A stretch of 62,884 bases of DNA, the filler included, from Porpidia crustulata (lineage: Eukaryota): the NCBI GenBank assembly GCA_964255105.1. It is 7 parts of 7 records of this genome, joined end to end, with 100 filler letters (N's around TTAATTAATTAA, not from the genome) between each part and the next. Parts side by side here need not be neighbours in the genome. Positions count along the whole stretch, not along the records: positions 36,012 to 44,904 come from CAXUWE010001032.1; positions 45,005 to 53,897 come from CAXUWE010001033.1; 5 more parts are not named here. The stretch is one strand, 5' to 3'. The notes beneath the pieces were generated by a model, which saw only the letters and a list, made by a program, of their open reading frames with translations, made no database searches and had not been told where the DNA came from. Position 1 is the first letter of the stretch. Each line of letters starts with the position of its first letter. Positions 38,435-51,114 of this stretch are shown here, in pieces. Both the position numbers and the translations under genes were made by a program.

Positions 38435-39126
38435 ATGTCTTTCCTCAAAACACTGCCTCGTGCCTCCTTACCTCTAGCTCGTTCTCGAGTGTTCTCAACG
38501 TCACCTTACGCACATAAATCAGCTATTGACACAGCCAAAGATGCTCTCGCTGAGGCTGACCGCAAGATCGCTGATGCTGCTGTGCAGGGTATTGAGAAAG
38601 GCGGTAGGTTTTCTAGATAATTGGCGCGGAATTAATTTACTATTCGATTCCCCAGTACTGATACTTCCTGTCAGAGGCCGCAAGTCAAACCATTAAGGAA
38701 ACCGTCGGCATCAACGCCTCAAAGGTTGAGGGAGCTGCATCTGAGGCAACTGGGAAAGCTAGTGGATCTGCCTCTCAGTTGGGTGCCGAGGCAAAGGCAA
38801 AGGGATCGGAAATGATGGGAAAAACCAAAGGAACCACATCCGAAGCAACGGGACGTGCAAGTGGAACTGTCTCCGAAATGGCTGGGGAAGCAAAGGCTAA
38901 AGCGTCAGAGACGATGGGACGAGCGAAAGGAAACGCGTCTGAGGCCACGGGACAGACCAGTGGATCTGCTTCTGAGATGGCTGGCGAGGCCAAGGCCAAG
39001 GGGTCTGAAATGATGGGGCAAGCAACAGGGAAAACATCGGAAGTGATGGGTCAAGCGAAGGGCAAAACCTCCGAGGCTATGGGACAAGCAAAGGGAAAGG
39101 CTGAGGAGGTTCAAAAGAAAATGTAA
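38435..39126 (+). CDS. LEA-like (group 3, 11-mer repeat) protein with a putative mitochondrial presequence; exons 38435-38603, 38675-39126
   Basis: MSFLKTLPRASLPLARSRVFSTSPYAHK presequence-like start, then DRKIADAAVQGIEKG and about 12 amphipathic 11-mers (e.g. ASEMAGEAKAK, TSEAMGQAKGK). Confidence 0.85.
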
Positions 39127-40901
39127 ATTAGCGCTAGTGTAAGGTTATCGGGCTGGAGGCTACATACTGGAGCAGAAAAGCAAGGCGTTGGCATAGCATA
39201 CGGATTGTCTTGTGCATAGTACTAAAACTTACTCTGAGAATTTTGCGCCTGATCTAATTTAGTGTGCTACAAGCCTCAGTGTAGGGCCAACATACCAAGG
39301 AGTGGCTTTTCGAGATCAAGTGCAAAGTATGCTAGATGAACATCAAGTATACGATTAGATGTTCGAGTGATACTAAGTTGGGATGAGAAACCACCGAATT
39401 AGTGGGAGCATAGGACCTGCCAAACCTTTTCAGTGAACATTCCGGGGTATTCGGATAAGAGATGATGATAGTCCGATGTGGGTCTGGAGAGTAGTGTGTC
39501 AAGTGACTGGACATAGCCGTTGCCACCATACGGGAAGGAACTAATCCTTAAAGGCCTGTCGTATCGAAGCTTCTGGAGCTTACAACGGGATATTTTCTGC
39601 AGCACGGTAGCTAACGGTCCTCGAAGCCGAACTAAGGAGTTCTTATTGCCCTGGATGAGGTTGAAGTACCCTCCTTCGTGATGCAAAATGCCGTACTCCG
39701 AGATCCATGTTCCGGAGGCAAGACGGAAGCGAAGAAACTTTACATGAGGTGACTGCTTCGTGAACGTTCTTCCAATTCTAGATCTACTCTCCCTGCACAG
39801 CGGAGGAAGAGAAGTCTAAAAGAGCGTGTGACATGGAATGGCAATCAAAGAGAACAGAGCTATCTCGAAGTGACAACAGCACAATAGGGGGGACCTCGAG
39901 TATACCACCCGCTATGTTTCGCAGAGCTTAAGCTACTACCCAAGGAGCTTGATTGGCTGCCGAGGCGCTTACTCCAGGGCTTGCTAGCAAATAAGCCCTC
40001 ATAAGCAAACAGCCCGTGTGAAAATTTTGATCTTACAGCAAAGCCTTTTCAAAGAAATGTATGATGCCTCAACAGTCAGTAAAGCGCCTGCAGGGACTTG
40101 CGTAGCACAGGTTCTGTAGTTTCTACAACAGCAAACTTCTCAAAAACCAGATCTGACATCTACGCGCTATTTTCAATGCTTTAGCCTGATTAGAACATGC
40201 TTTCCTTCGAGTATGTCAAGAGAAGTTTGCTGCATCATATTTTGTTTCCCCTCCGTTCGAACCGCTATTCTTTTGACTCATGCCGTGGTCGGTCAGCGCA
40301 AAACCACGGAACTGAAGGGTGTTGTGGGACGGTACTCGAGCGTTGTGAACGTTTGCTAAAAACAAAACTCGTCTCATAATGATCTTTACAGGAACAGGAT
40401 CGTTTTAACCAAGTCGTCGCACAGGATGCAAGTCCGCCCGGTGGCCTGATGTCGAAGGAGCACTAGTCCCTGGATACAGCCCTATGATCGATTGGCGCTA
40501 GTCCAACCCCCTGACATCGAGACGGTTGTGCCGCCCCCCCTCCCAAATTTATCATGGAGGAACAACTCCGCCTGCGCCTGTGGGTGTGCCACCTGATCTC
40601 CTCATTCGCCCTTCTACACTCACGAGGCTTTGTGTCCCTCGGGTACCTCCGCAAACGAGGCTCAGGCGTACCCAGTCACCTTTCCGCTATGCCTGCATAA
40701 ATATAGTCCCGAGACGTGGACTGCAGAAAAGGCAATAAAGATCGGAGTCGTCATAGGCAGCGACTTCAGCGTACCTGACTCACTTATACTATGCGACTGA
40801 TCTGCCTCGTCTTCATGCATTAATCTACACCAATCTACATATATGGAGAATAGCCCAAAATACCAATTCAAGGTGCCATTCTTACACCTGAGTCTTTCAC
40901 A

Positions 40902-43900
40902 ATGGTAGGTTATATCTTCTGTCGCATTCGATGCCCTTTTATATGCTAATCGTGATAGGGTACCTCCGAGACCCTCGTTGCAGATGTCAATCGCTTCGGC
41001 TTGACGGAGATATATGCAGCTCGACCTGCCGATGTGGATATTGTTTTTGTCCACGGTCTGAACGGCGACCCCCATAATACTTGGACAAGCGAGAAGTCAA
41101 AGGTTTTCTGGCCGGCCCAGTTGTTACCACCTATACTAGAGGATCAGCACGCGCGAATACTCGTCTACGGCTATGATGCAGACATCACATCTTTTACGGA
41201 TGGAGTGTCAAGGGATGCAATACACAATCACGCGGAGCATCTTGTTGCGGAACTTGCTGCAAATCGAAGAGTACGTTGAATCGACACCTTCACTAGTCCT
41301 GGAGTACTGGGTAGAATCGAATGACACTGACGATATTGTGTAGATCAGAAAGGCTACCGAACGTCCTTTAATATTCGTAGCGCATTCACTGGGCGGGCTT
41401 GTTCTTAAGCGGGTAAGAACTTGGGCTTCAGTTCTGATGATCCACCGCTAATAATTTTAAAGGCTTTAATCTACTCTTCCGAAATTCGAGGTACAAAGAC
41501 CGAGCACTTGCGATCGATATTTGTCTCTACTTATGGCATTCTATTCCTCGGAACTCCGCACAAAGGCGCAGATGTCGCAAAATGGGGATCCCGTCTTGAA
41601 GGAATCTGTAGCGCTGTCCTTCCGCAGAACTTCACCGCTCCACAACTGGTAGAGGCATTGAAAACGAACAACGAAACTCTACAGAACATTGACCGCCAAT
41701 TTATCCAAATCATGAACAAGTACCACATCTACTTCTTTCATGAATCAAAGCCTACATTTATCAAAGGCTCGAAGGCCTCACGTTTTGTAAGGATTCGAAA
41801 CATACGCTTGAGGTTAACAGTGCTAATCTTGATGTAGATCGTAGACGAAGACTCTGCTTCACCGACTGTACAGGATGTCGAACGAGCTGGGATCCAAGCA
41901 GATCATTCTCACATGTGCAAGTTCGAGAGCGATACCTCCCCTGGCTTTGATCTCGTGGCAGAAGGAATCCAGCGCTACGCAGGAGATGCCCCTATCACTG
42001 TCAGGATGCGATGGGAATCAGAAAGAGAGGGACGAAATGTGCAAAAGAGAGCAGAGGCGGCAGAGCTGGCACCCATTCCTTCTGGTTTGTACACTTACTA
42101 TCGATTTGGAAGGGGCTAGACTAATAGGTATAGAAAGTGTGAAAGGAACGCCAAGAACCGCTTCACCTGATATCTCAGCTGGTACGTTAAAGGCGCTGCC
42201 TGCACCGGAAAACCCTTCAAAATTGCGGTCTTTATTTGAAACGGTTTATGAAGTGGAAGAAGTAGACGACAAGGTGGAAATCAAGCGTTGAATGCACTGC
42301 GTACGAGTTGTTAGAAATTGCATACATTCGAATTTATTAGCAAGTTGTGTACGATATGTTAGCAACTCGGACTTGCTGATTGGGCATTTTTCATGTAGGT
42401 AACTCAACAATCAATCTCCCAAAAGATTTCCCTTCACCTAGGAACCCATCAACCAAGGATGATGGTACAAATACTGAATCTCCCGTCAAGCACCCGGAGC
42501 CGTATTTCATAGTCCCTCCTGGTTTCCGTGCAAATACATACTTTGTTGGTATGGAAAAGGAGTTACAACAGATTGACCGACACCTTTTTGACAAGCGGCG
42601 GCATGACGGTACCGCCTGCGTCTTGATTCATGGGCAGCCTGGAGGTGGAAAATCGCATTTGGCCCGTCAGTATGTCAATAAGAATCGCAAGAAGTTCAGT
42701 GGCGGCATTTTCTGGGTAATTACGAAGCTGAAAGAAGAACGAGACGCAGCGTTTTGGAATATTTACACCAAAGTCGTGGCCCGAGATGCACCTGGACTGT
42801 ATCCAAGAGCCACAGGAGATCAGGCTATTGATGCGGTCAAAAGTTGGTTCGAAACACGACAGGAATGGCTAATAGTTTTTGACGGCATTGTTATAGAGAA
42901 AGATGAAGACGCAACGGACTTTACAAGATTTGTTCCAGACAGTCGCAATTCTAGCATCATATACGTGTCGAGAGCGAAGAATTTGGAGTCGAAGCAAAGG
43001 CTATTGAGACCTTACCCAATCAGAGTTTCACCTCTCAAGGAAGATGATGCGCGTAAGCTTCTATTCAAGGAACTACATATGAAGAAGCCGACAGAGGCGG
43101 ATGTCAAGAGCGCGACTGATTGGGTTAGAAAGGTTGGTGGATTACCACTAGCTATTGATGCCCTAAGTCATCGTTTAGCAGATACTCATGAGCCCCTTAC
43201 GAAGGTCAACATGAGGTCATTCTCCGCAGATTCGAAGATGGGGACAACCTATAACAGAATTCTAGACGACTTGCTTCTCCTAGGTCACAGAGAGGCATGG
43301 AATTTGATCCACATTCTATCATTTTTTGGACAACACATCCCCGTTGAGATGGTACACCTTGGTCTCAGATGGCTTCGCCATAGTAATATTGACGTACTGT
43401 CGAGCGAGAACGGGGGGAAACCTGATCTGAATATTACCTTCAAGATCTTAATGAGGTACGCCCTTATCGAAAGGAACGAACCAGACGACAAAGACTCGAT
43501 GTCATCAAGCCGGGACAGCTTGATAGAACCAGAGCCTATTGACATGTTAAAGATACACAGCGTGGTTCAGAAATTCTGTTGCGATTCCATAAACGGAGAG
43601 AGGCTACTTCCTTTGTGGCTCGGCTACGCTGCCGGCTTATTCATTTGCTCTTACGACCAGGCGGACATGCGGATAAAACAAAAACCGGAGCCGGGTCGCG
43701 TCTCTGACTATCGAGAGTACCAAATTCATGGCAAAAGACTTTGGGAGCATTCTCACAGCTATGAGACCAAATCGCAGCAGCTCGATAGTGTTCGCGTGAA
43801 ACTTGACCCCATCTTAGCCTCCATTGCAGCAGAGATCAACCTCAGAGAACCAGGATCATCTCAAGAAAGTATAGGGAAAGGGGTTTTCCAGATTTCAATC

Positions 43901-44904
43901 TTCGATAGAACGAGCAGCTCTTCCGAATCAGCAGAATCTGAGGCCCGGACGCCCGACCATCCACCTTACCCCATCCAGATGCCTGACGAGAATAATTGGG
44001 GCATGGACCATAGTAAATCTTCGATAGATTCTCCCGCGAGCTATGGCACGGCGTCTCCGCGGTATGAGCCCGGGGTCGTTGAGAACAGTCCTACTCCTCG
44101 ATATCCGATCTCCATACCAGACGCAGGGTATGACAGCGATCGGGAAGGTCTTCAGGCTCACCCTATGCAGAAAAATTGGTCAGATGCTACCGCCCGACCT
44201 CGCGCTCCAACCCTGGACAGCCAGGGCAGCGGCTGGCAGGTTGTACCTCCTGCAAGGAAAGCTAAAGGTCGTCGTGATCTTGGAAGCTTCAGACCAACTC
44301 CGGCAAGAGTCAAGATAGATAGGAAATCCGCCACGGGCTCGGTGTCTTGGACTACCCAAGGACCGATAAACACGCCGAAGCCGCCCGATGCTTTTGCGTC
44401 GTTGTCGGAAGTACAGCATCGCAGCCCGCCACCATCGCGAGATCGAGACAGCTTTTGGCGACGGCTGAGTCCAGGGCGCAAATCCAATCCAATCCCAACA
44501 TATGCTGGCGTTGCTGCTGGACTATTCCAACGACCGTCTTCGTCACAAACTATGGTGGATAACGATAGAACCCCATTGCCACTAGAACCGAATTTATCAT
44601 CCGCGTCCTCCTTCAGGGAACGTGGGAGATCTCCCGACGGTATAAGTAGGGTAGGGAATGTGCAGCAATCACCCTTAGCTTCCGACTACGCTCTCCCCAG
44701 CCACAAGATACACTCTACACCGGACGGTACAAGCCATTTCTCCTCCCCATCCTCAGGATACGCAACACCTCCCCTTGGCAACACTGTCCGACCTCCGTCT
44801 TCCGGCCTGCACTATGTCACCGGGCCCGGATCCGACATCTCCGAAGCATCGCAACCGCGATACATCAACGAATCCATCACCTACATCCCCCCACCCTCAA
44901 TCAT
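40902..44904 (+). CDS. Lipase (SesB/DUF676-like alpha/beta hydrolase)-NB-ARC NLR-like protein; exons 40902-40904, 40959-41270, 41344-41412, 41463-41786, 41838-42084, 42134-42181, 42399->44904 (truncated)
   Basis: DIVFVHGLNG, RILVYGYDA, FVAHSLGG, LFLGTPHKG, DHSHMCKF; Walker A GQPGGGKS, Walker B WLIVFDG, GGLPLAI and MHD-like KIHSVVQ. Confidence 0.88.
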
Positions 44905-45004
44905 NNNNNNNNNNNNNNNNNNNNNNNNNNNNNNNNNNNNNNNNNNNNTTAATTAATTAANNNNNNNNNNNNNNNNNNNNNNNNNNNNNNNNNNNNNNNN
45001 NNNN
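44905..45004. other. Artificial contig spacer
   Basis: N44-TTAATTAATTAA-N44. Confidence 0.99.
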
Positions 45005-45789
45005 CCAGAAGCCGACGCGGAGCGGTTGTTCTGGTGGAGTTAGGGGCTATTGATGTGAGGTGAGATGAGCAGGGGCAGTTACCCTTCTTCTTGTACCACA
45101 TGGAAGTGATCAATATCAGACTGTAATCATTAGTGTTGGTATTTCTGGAAGATTTCGAATGTCTTACGCTGGGGCAACGGCTGATTCAAAGCATCCAAGA
45201 AGTACTCTGAGCGTGATGAGTGATCCAAAGTTCTTGCACACGCAATTCAGGGTAACGCAAATTCCCCACAAGATCACTATTTTTTGCATGAGCTACGTCT
45301 CCCGCAACATAATATTGGAAACAGTACCATTCAGACCCAAGTACTTGGCGGTTGGTAATCTCTGCATCAAGTATCCTGTTGGTATTTCAAAGGCAAGGTA
45401 TGTGACATAAAAGACCAGCGCCAATAGAGCGAATTGGTCCGTGTTGATACGCGTGTCATTCAAAAGACCCATTACGGCGGCGTAATTGACTGCTCATATC
45501 AGTCGCTGTAGCCTTCAGAGGTGGTGGATGGCCCACTCAGTGTCTTGTCCATATATTGGAGGTTGTAACAGCACCACATAAGTCTATCGTGGGCATCAGC
45601 CCTGTCTAACTGACTGTATCATGGGGATCCAAACGGCACAATCATCCAGTCAATCTTCCGGACCAAGCTCTTCTCATCAATGGTCGTCATGAGATTGGTA
45701 TCCTCATGGTCAAGATACTCCAAGGCGGCGTCGACGTCCCCTCGATCGATCAAGGTCTCTCCCTTGCCTTCGATGTCTGGTCGGCCCAT
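45005..45789 (-). CDS. MFS allantoate/dipeptide permease (Dal5 family), multi-exon 5' part, truncated by the contig end; missed by the ORF track
   Basis: Spliced MGRPDIEG...EKSLVRKIDWMIVP|LMWCCYNLQYMDKTL|INYAAVMGL...FEIPTGYLMQRLPTAKYLG...LRVLLGCFESAVAP...ITSMWYKK. Confidence 0.88.
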
Positions 45790-45946
45790 ATTGATGATTG
45801 AAAGTAGACGCAGACGTGAGATGATGAGTGAATTGCTTCAAAGAAGCTTGAGAGGTGAAATGCAGCAATAAAAGACTTTGGGAGATAGACATTTCTCCAA
45901 CGTCCCAAGTACATTGACAAGGCTGCAGATCCTCTAGCTCCATTAA

Positions 45947-46009
45947 CTTATCCATGGATACTTTTTATATGGTTATCTGCGGAGATATGTTTCTTATCCA
46001 GACCTTATC
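45947..46009 (-). promoter_or_regulatory. Cluster of GATAA elements upstream of the Dal5-like permease (putative AreA/Nit2 sites)
   Basis: Four TTATC (GATAA on the minus strand) copies near 45948, 45973, 45994 and 46005, about 160-220 nt upstream of the ATG. Confidence 0.55.
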
Positions 46010-47517
46010 AAACGAATAATGAAACAAAAGAGAACACCTATAGATTGAGGCTGTCAGGGTCTCTTTCTCTGACGTCGCTGATAGATTTTCGAAAGTGGGT
46101 TTGCTTGACAACAACATATAGCGAAGCTGTGATTGGTGTGAACGTCTGATATCAGATAGAGGTGTGGCGTTTGGTTTCGTTGGCCGAAAGAGGCATCTCT
46201 GAAGCTTGGACCACCTATGCTCGACTGTTGCGTGCGTAGAAACGTTCCACGAAAAACATGGCGTACCTCGTGTGGGACGCGTGGGATGTTTGTTATGTGC
46301 CGTAGAAGGCACACTGTCGGTTGCGTGAGACACGTGAGATGAGTCCCTGATAAGCATTCGTAACGAAAGTCTGGGGACCAAGAGGGTTCCGGTTAGTCGT
46401 CTAGAAAGGTGCAAGGCCAACCTCTACCGGAAACTTCCTTTCTACGTTAGGAGATATCCGAAGCCATTGTGCTTAGATAGCCTTGGTAGAAACAAATCGT
46501 GCGGGACTCTAACGTTGCTAACAAAAGAATATGTTCTACAGATAGTTGTTAAGCATCGTGCTACAAACCAAGACACCAACATTTAAAAAAGCCTATCCAC
46601 CATACCCATAACCAAGATTTCTATTTCTGGCATCCTAAGAGCCAAAAATGTGTGCTGAAGCAGATACGTCTATGCTGCCAAGGGAGGGAAACTCGTTTCC
46701 GCCCTGGCGTGGTTCAGAACACGACCATTTATGACCATTCACCCATTCAGGAGCCGTGACATACAGTTCGCTTGGAATAACCGATCCTTCCTCCAGCGTC
46801 ACATCCATATTCCTCGTCACTCATGAGCCTCATGCGAGGGTAAAGACGGTTCTTCAGCAAGTAATTCTTGTGCTCATTCACCCAAGCGTCCATTTAGCGT
46901 TAGTAGGTTAGTAGGAGTGAGAATGTTGACGCGAAGTATCGCCAGTGTATACATGGTTTTGGTGGAAAGGGCAACTCCACACGATGTTGATAGTTTTTGC
47001 AATTCTCTGTCCAGCCGGGGTCGATGTGAAATGAGGCATGGCTTTTGTTAAAGATAGGAGGAAGTGATGGAAGGACTGTATGTCGACCGTACTTGCGTGG
47101 AAGTGAGAATAAGTATTGACTACGGTTTGAAAAGAATGCGGTAATGTGAAATGGCTTCAAGGTGGAAAGATGTCTAAAGTAGTGTTGACTCAGGGTCATG
47201 AATGATATCTTGACGGCAAAGGAGATGGGAGCTACTGTTTATCGATTGTGTTGCGGAGACGGCGGTAGATGGTCAGGTTCAATGTTTTACATTCCATGAT
47301 ATCGAGGTTACAAAGAATAAAGATAGATAGCAAGGTTAGGCCAAAAGGACATGGCCCACGACATAATGACGGCTGCGCCAGAATGTCCTATGGGATATAA
47401 AAGAAAATTCGTAAGTAAGAGAAAGCCTTTTATTGCTAAACATTATGACTCCGACCCAAGTTTCAAATATTAAAGGCTCCCATACTGTCCAAAACAAAAC
47501 CCAGAAGACAGTTTGGA

Positions 47518-48518
47518 TCATCTCATTTCGACGTCCTTCATTCTCTTCTCCTGACTCGGGCTCCTGACTTCCTTGTCTGCGGTTAATAGGAACGAAATGG
47601 AAAATGTTCCCTTGTCCGTGGCGCTAGGCGCAGAGATGGAGCTTCGAGGTGTGTTGATGGGGGTAAAGCCCTTGCCGTGTTCTTCCACCGCTGTAACAGA
47701 GCCAGTGGGAATAAAAGGCGCTTCAGGGCTTTGTGGGCTTGTGCACGGAGTCGGAGGTAGGTTTCTCTCAGACGCCTTTTGGGATTGGCGCCAAGCTGCT
47801 TCCAGCGTCGCCGGTGATAGATTACAACCATAGCTATGAGCAATCAAGGACCAAAATTGAACGCGATGAGCATCATAGATTCGGTTTAGCCTTGCTGTAT
47901 CAATGACCTGTCTCTCTTTGAATTGCTTGATGTCGTCGGTAATTAGGCGGAGTGCTTTGGTTTGCTGCATTGGCCCCTCAGGATTCGAATTGGGTTTTGG
48001 CAGGATAGGGACGTGATTCTGCGGAGAGGCAGATTGGCTGTTGCCAGCCGCTGCGTAAGTCTCAGGCGTACAAGGTAATGAAAATGCAGGTAGCTGTCTT
48101 TGCGAGTTTCCATGCATGCGGCGATCGTGCGGTGAGGCTGAAGGCCATTCGGTGGTACCGACAGGTGAGACGGATACCGTACGTCGGCGATTCTTATTAC
48201 CATACGAAAGTTGATGATAATGTAGCCGGCAAGCTAGTTCTGTCTTCTTCAGATGGACAGCGATATGCTTATACGGCATCTTCTGGTTGCGGGTCTCGAT
48301 GAGATACGTTTCCTTCAAGGTACTGTAAGCAAAGATTCTGCATGACAGAATGACGAGACAGTTACCTCTTGGTCAGACCATGCCCGTCCGCCGCCCGTTG
48401 ATGCCGATTTGCGATTTCGCTGGACTGGGCCTTGGAGTTTGGAAGCAACAAAGACCGGCGAGGGCTCCAACGCTGGTGACGGGTCTGTCATTGGTGACTG
48501 TGCGGGTGTGAAAGACAT
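47518..48518 (-). CDS. Myb/SANT-like DNA-binding protein; exons 48518-48366, 48312-47518
   Basis: GRAWSDQE|ETYLIETRNQKMPYKHIAVHLKKTELACRLHYHQL is a single Myb-like repeat. C-terminal FSISFLL motif. Confidence 0.85.
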
Positions 48519-51114
48519 CTGGGGCTCTGCTTGAATCTCTTGCCGATTTTAATAGAATTTATGATTTGGCTAGATAGAATGGAAGATTGGGGTTGGAATG
48601 TCGTGAGATACTGTCAACAGTAACTATCGACTGCGGACAAGGTATGTAGCTGGATTCGATAAAGAAGGTGCGTCAAGATGTTTTATGTGGAACTTAATTA
48701 CCAATATTAAAAGAACGAAGGTAGCCCAGCCAGTGGGTGTAAGAGAAAGTAAAAGAAACTGCTGAATAACCGAGAAACCAGCGGCGATTGTGAACGGGGA
48801 TGTAGTGGATAGTGGACGACTATCTTATACTTGAAGAACAAGAAACCGGCGTCTCGCTGCATGAGGTTGGCAATCGACCTGATGTTCTTGACGTTTCCAA
48901 ACCGACCTGGTCGCACACCGGGGCCGGCCACTGGATCTTAACCCAAACGTGGAATATTCGTACTTGCATGCCAATGAAAATAAGCCAGAAGCAGGGTCCG
49001 AGGCATATGGGCAAGCTGACAATTTACGACAGAGGCTTTGTTACTACACCTTTGGTGCTCTGACGGTTGCATGAAGATGAGGTGAAATATACGTGTGCAT
49101 GAACGGAAGTTTTGAGGGGCCGAGGAAAATTGCACCGCAGCCCCCAATAGGAATGGTCCACCAAATAACCATACCGTGGACGTATCACTGCAGGTTAGAA
49201 GACGTACGTCTAGCTTGATCGAAGCATCATCTCGGCGCAGTCATGTTGAATCAGGGGATGATTGTGTCTCGATACGATAGGTGAGAGGGGGAGATTGGAA
49301 GTTTGGAGCACTGAGATACAGACAACTTCCAACAAGCTAGAACATGAGACAGATGAGGGAGAAGAAGGCATGATCTTAGGTAACGCGGAATGACCGGACG
49401 ACTGATAAGAGAACAGGATATGCAAGATAGAGAAGCGATTCGTAGGCGGGCAGACAGGCAGCTTGACACAGACAGGCGAAAAGATGGTACAGTTTGATCT
49501 TTCGGGCAAATTCAAGCGCTTGCCGAGTTGAAACAATGAGGATCTCGTGAGTTGCGTGGGACGTTGCAGGCCCGTTTCAGGTGATGGATTAGGGCCAATG
49601 AAGGCTCGACGATCCGAGATACTCATGCGCCGGCCAGAACTGGGCGAGCGCAGAGCAGAGCGTAGAGCGAGCGATCCGAGTCGGTTGAATCAGATAATAG
49701 AGAAGGTGTATAGAGTATGCCATATTCATAATGAGTACGAGCGTCACATCCATATCGATCGTTGCAGCTCTCGACGTTCGGTACGGTCGTGACTGTTGTT
49801 GGTGTTGGATTCAGCCTGTGATGACGATTATTGCGCCATCTGAACATTTTCCGGCTTTCGGGGCGATTAGGTTACGCATTCCCCGCCCGGCACAACCTAG
49901 AAGGCTATCTATCTGCCTATCTCGAGGCACCTCCAGACCGATCAATTCTCACCCATTATGGATGGACCTCTACCTTCACCTACGCCTACGCAAAGCATGC
50001 ACCGGTACCAGACATTCCCTCTCTAAGACCTCTCTCTTTCCTTCAACTATGGGACAATGATAAATAATGATTTACCCATCAGTTTGATGTTGCATATTGT
50101 ACTTGGCATATTACCCATGAGTGATGAGAGTCATGGAAGAAAAGCCCGAATGGCGACGGGCATGATTAGCGCAGGCCGATGACTGTGAGAGGTTTAGCCT
50201 GCCGTTTGTGCCAATTCGTTCGAACCACTGGAACCTCGACCGGAGTATCGTTCAAGTACCATGGCTGAAAGCCCAACCATTGCAGACGTGCTTTCGACGA
50301 CATCAGCGTCGTGCGATCGTCCTTGACTGCAGACCTTCGACATTGCCCAGCATGGTTGATGATTAGCCGCAATTGACGAGAATCATCAGTGGCTTGCCTA
50401 TCACTGCCCCGTCCGTCTGCCCTGCTGATCTGTGACAGAAGCAATACTAGACAATGACATCGCACCGCCATACCGCCCATCCTAGAGTAGGAAGCCCACC
50501 TGCCCACACACCGGATGGATATGATGAATAATAATAATGCGCACATCACGTTCGTCCACTGGATCCAACCGTTCTTTTTCCCCCGCTGAGCGAACCCCGC
50601 ATTTCTCAGAGAGAAAGCGGTAGTCACACAGTCCCAATGGCTGGACATTTGAATGCTTGCAACAAATGCCTGGAAAGCCATATGTAGCCCGCCCCAGAGT
50701 AGGTACTGCGACAGTCATCGCGACTACCAGTGTTACTTGTTCCTCTTTCTCTTTCTGCTCGAGGGGTGTGCCATGTACCTGTGATCCCGCCCTGGATGCG
50801 GACATATGGGAGGGGCTGAAATTCTAATCTGCTCGATTCTTGACATTGTCGAAACCGTTGTCATATTGTTGTGTGTTGAACGCTGCCTTCACGGTGTTGA
50901 GTGTTTCCATGTGGACATGTCAACCAGCGACCAGTGGAGTTTAGAAGGTACTAAATGACATCGAAGGTCACTCACCACTACTACTGATCGACGATGTGAT
51001 CAATCTTCCCCCCCTCCATTTTTCACCATCAACCCGTTTAATACAAGGTTGCGCCTATGACGCCAAATCTCACTCAGCTCCCAGACTATGCTTCCGTTGC
51101 ATAGCGCCATCACC

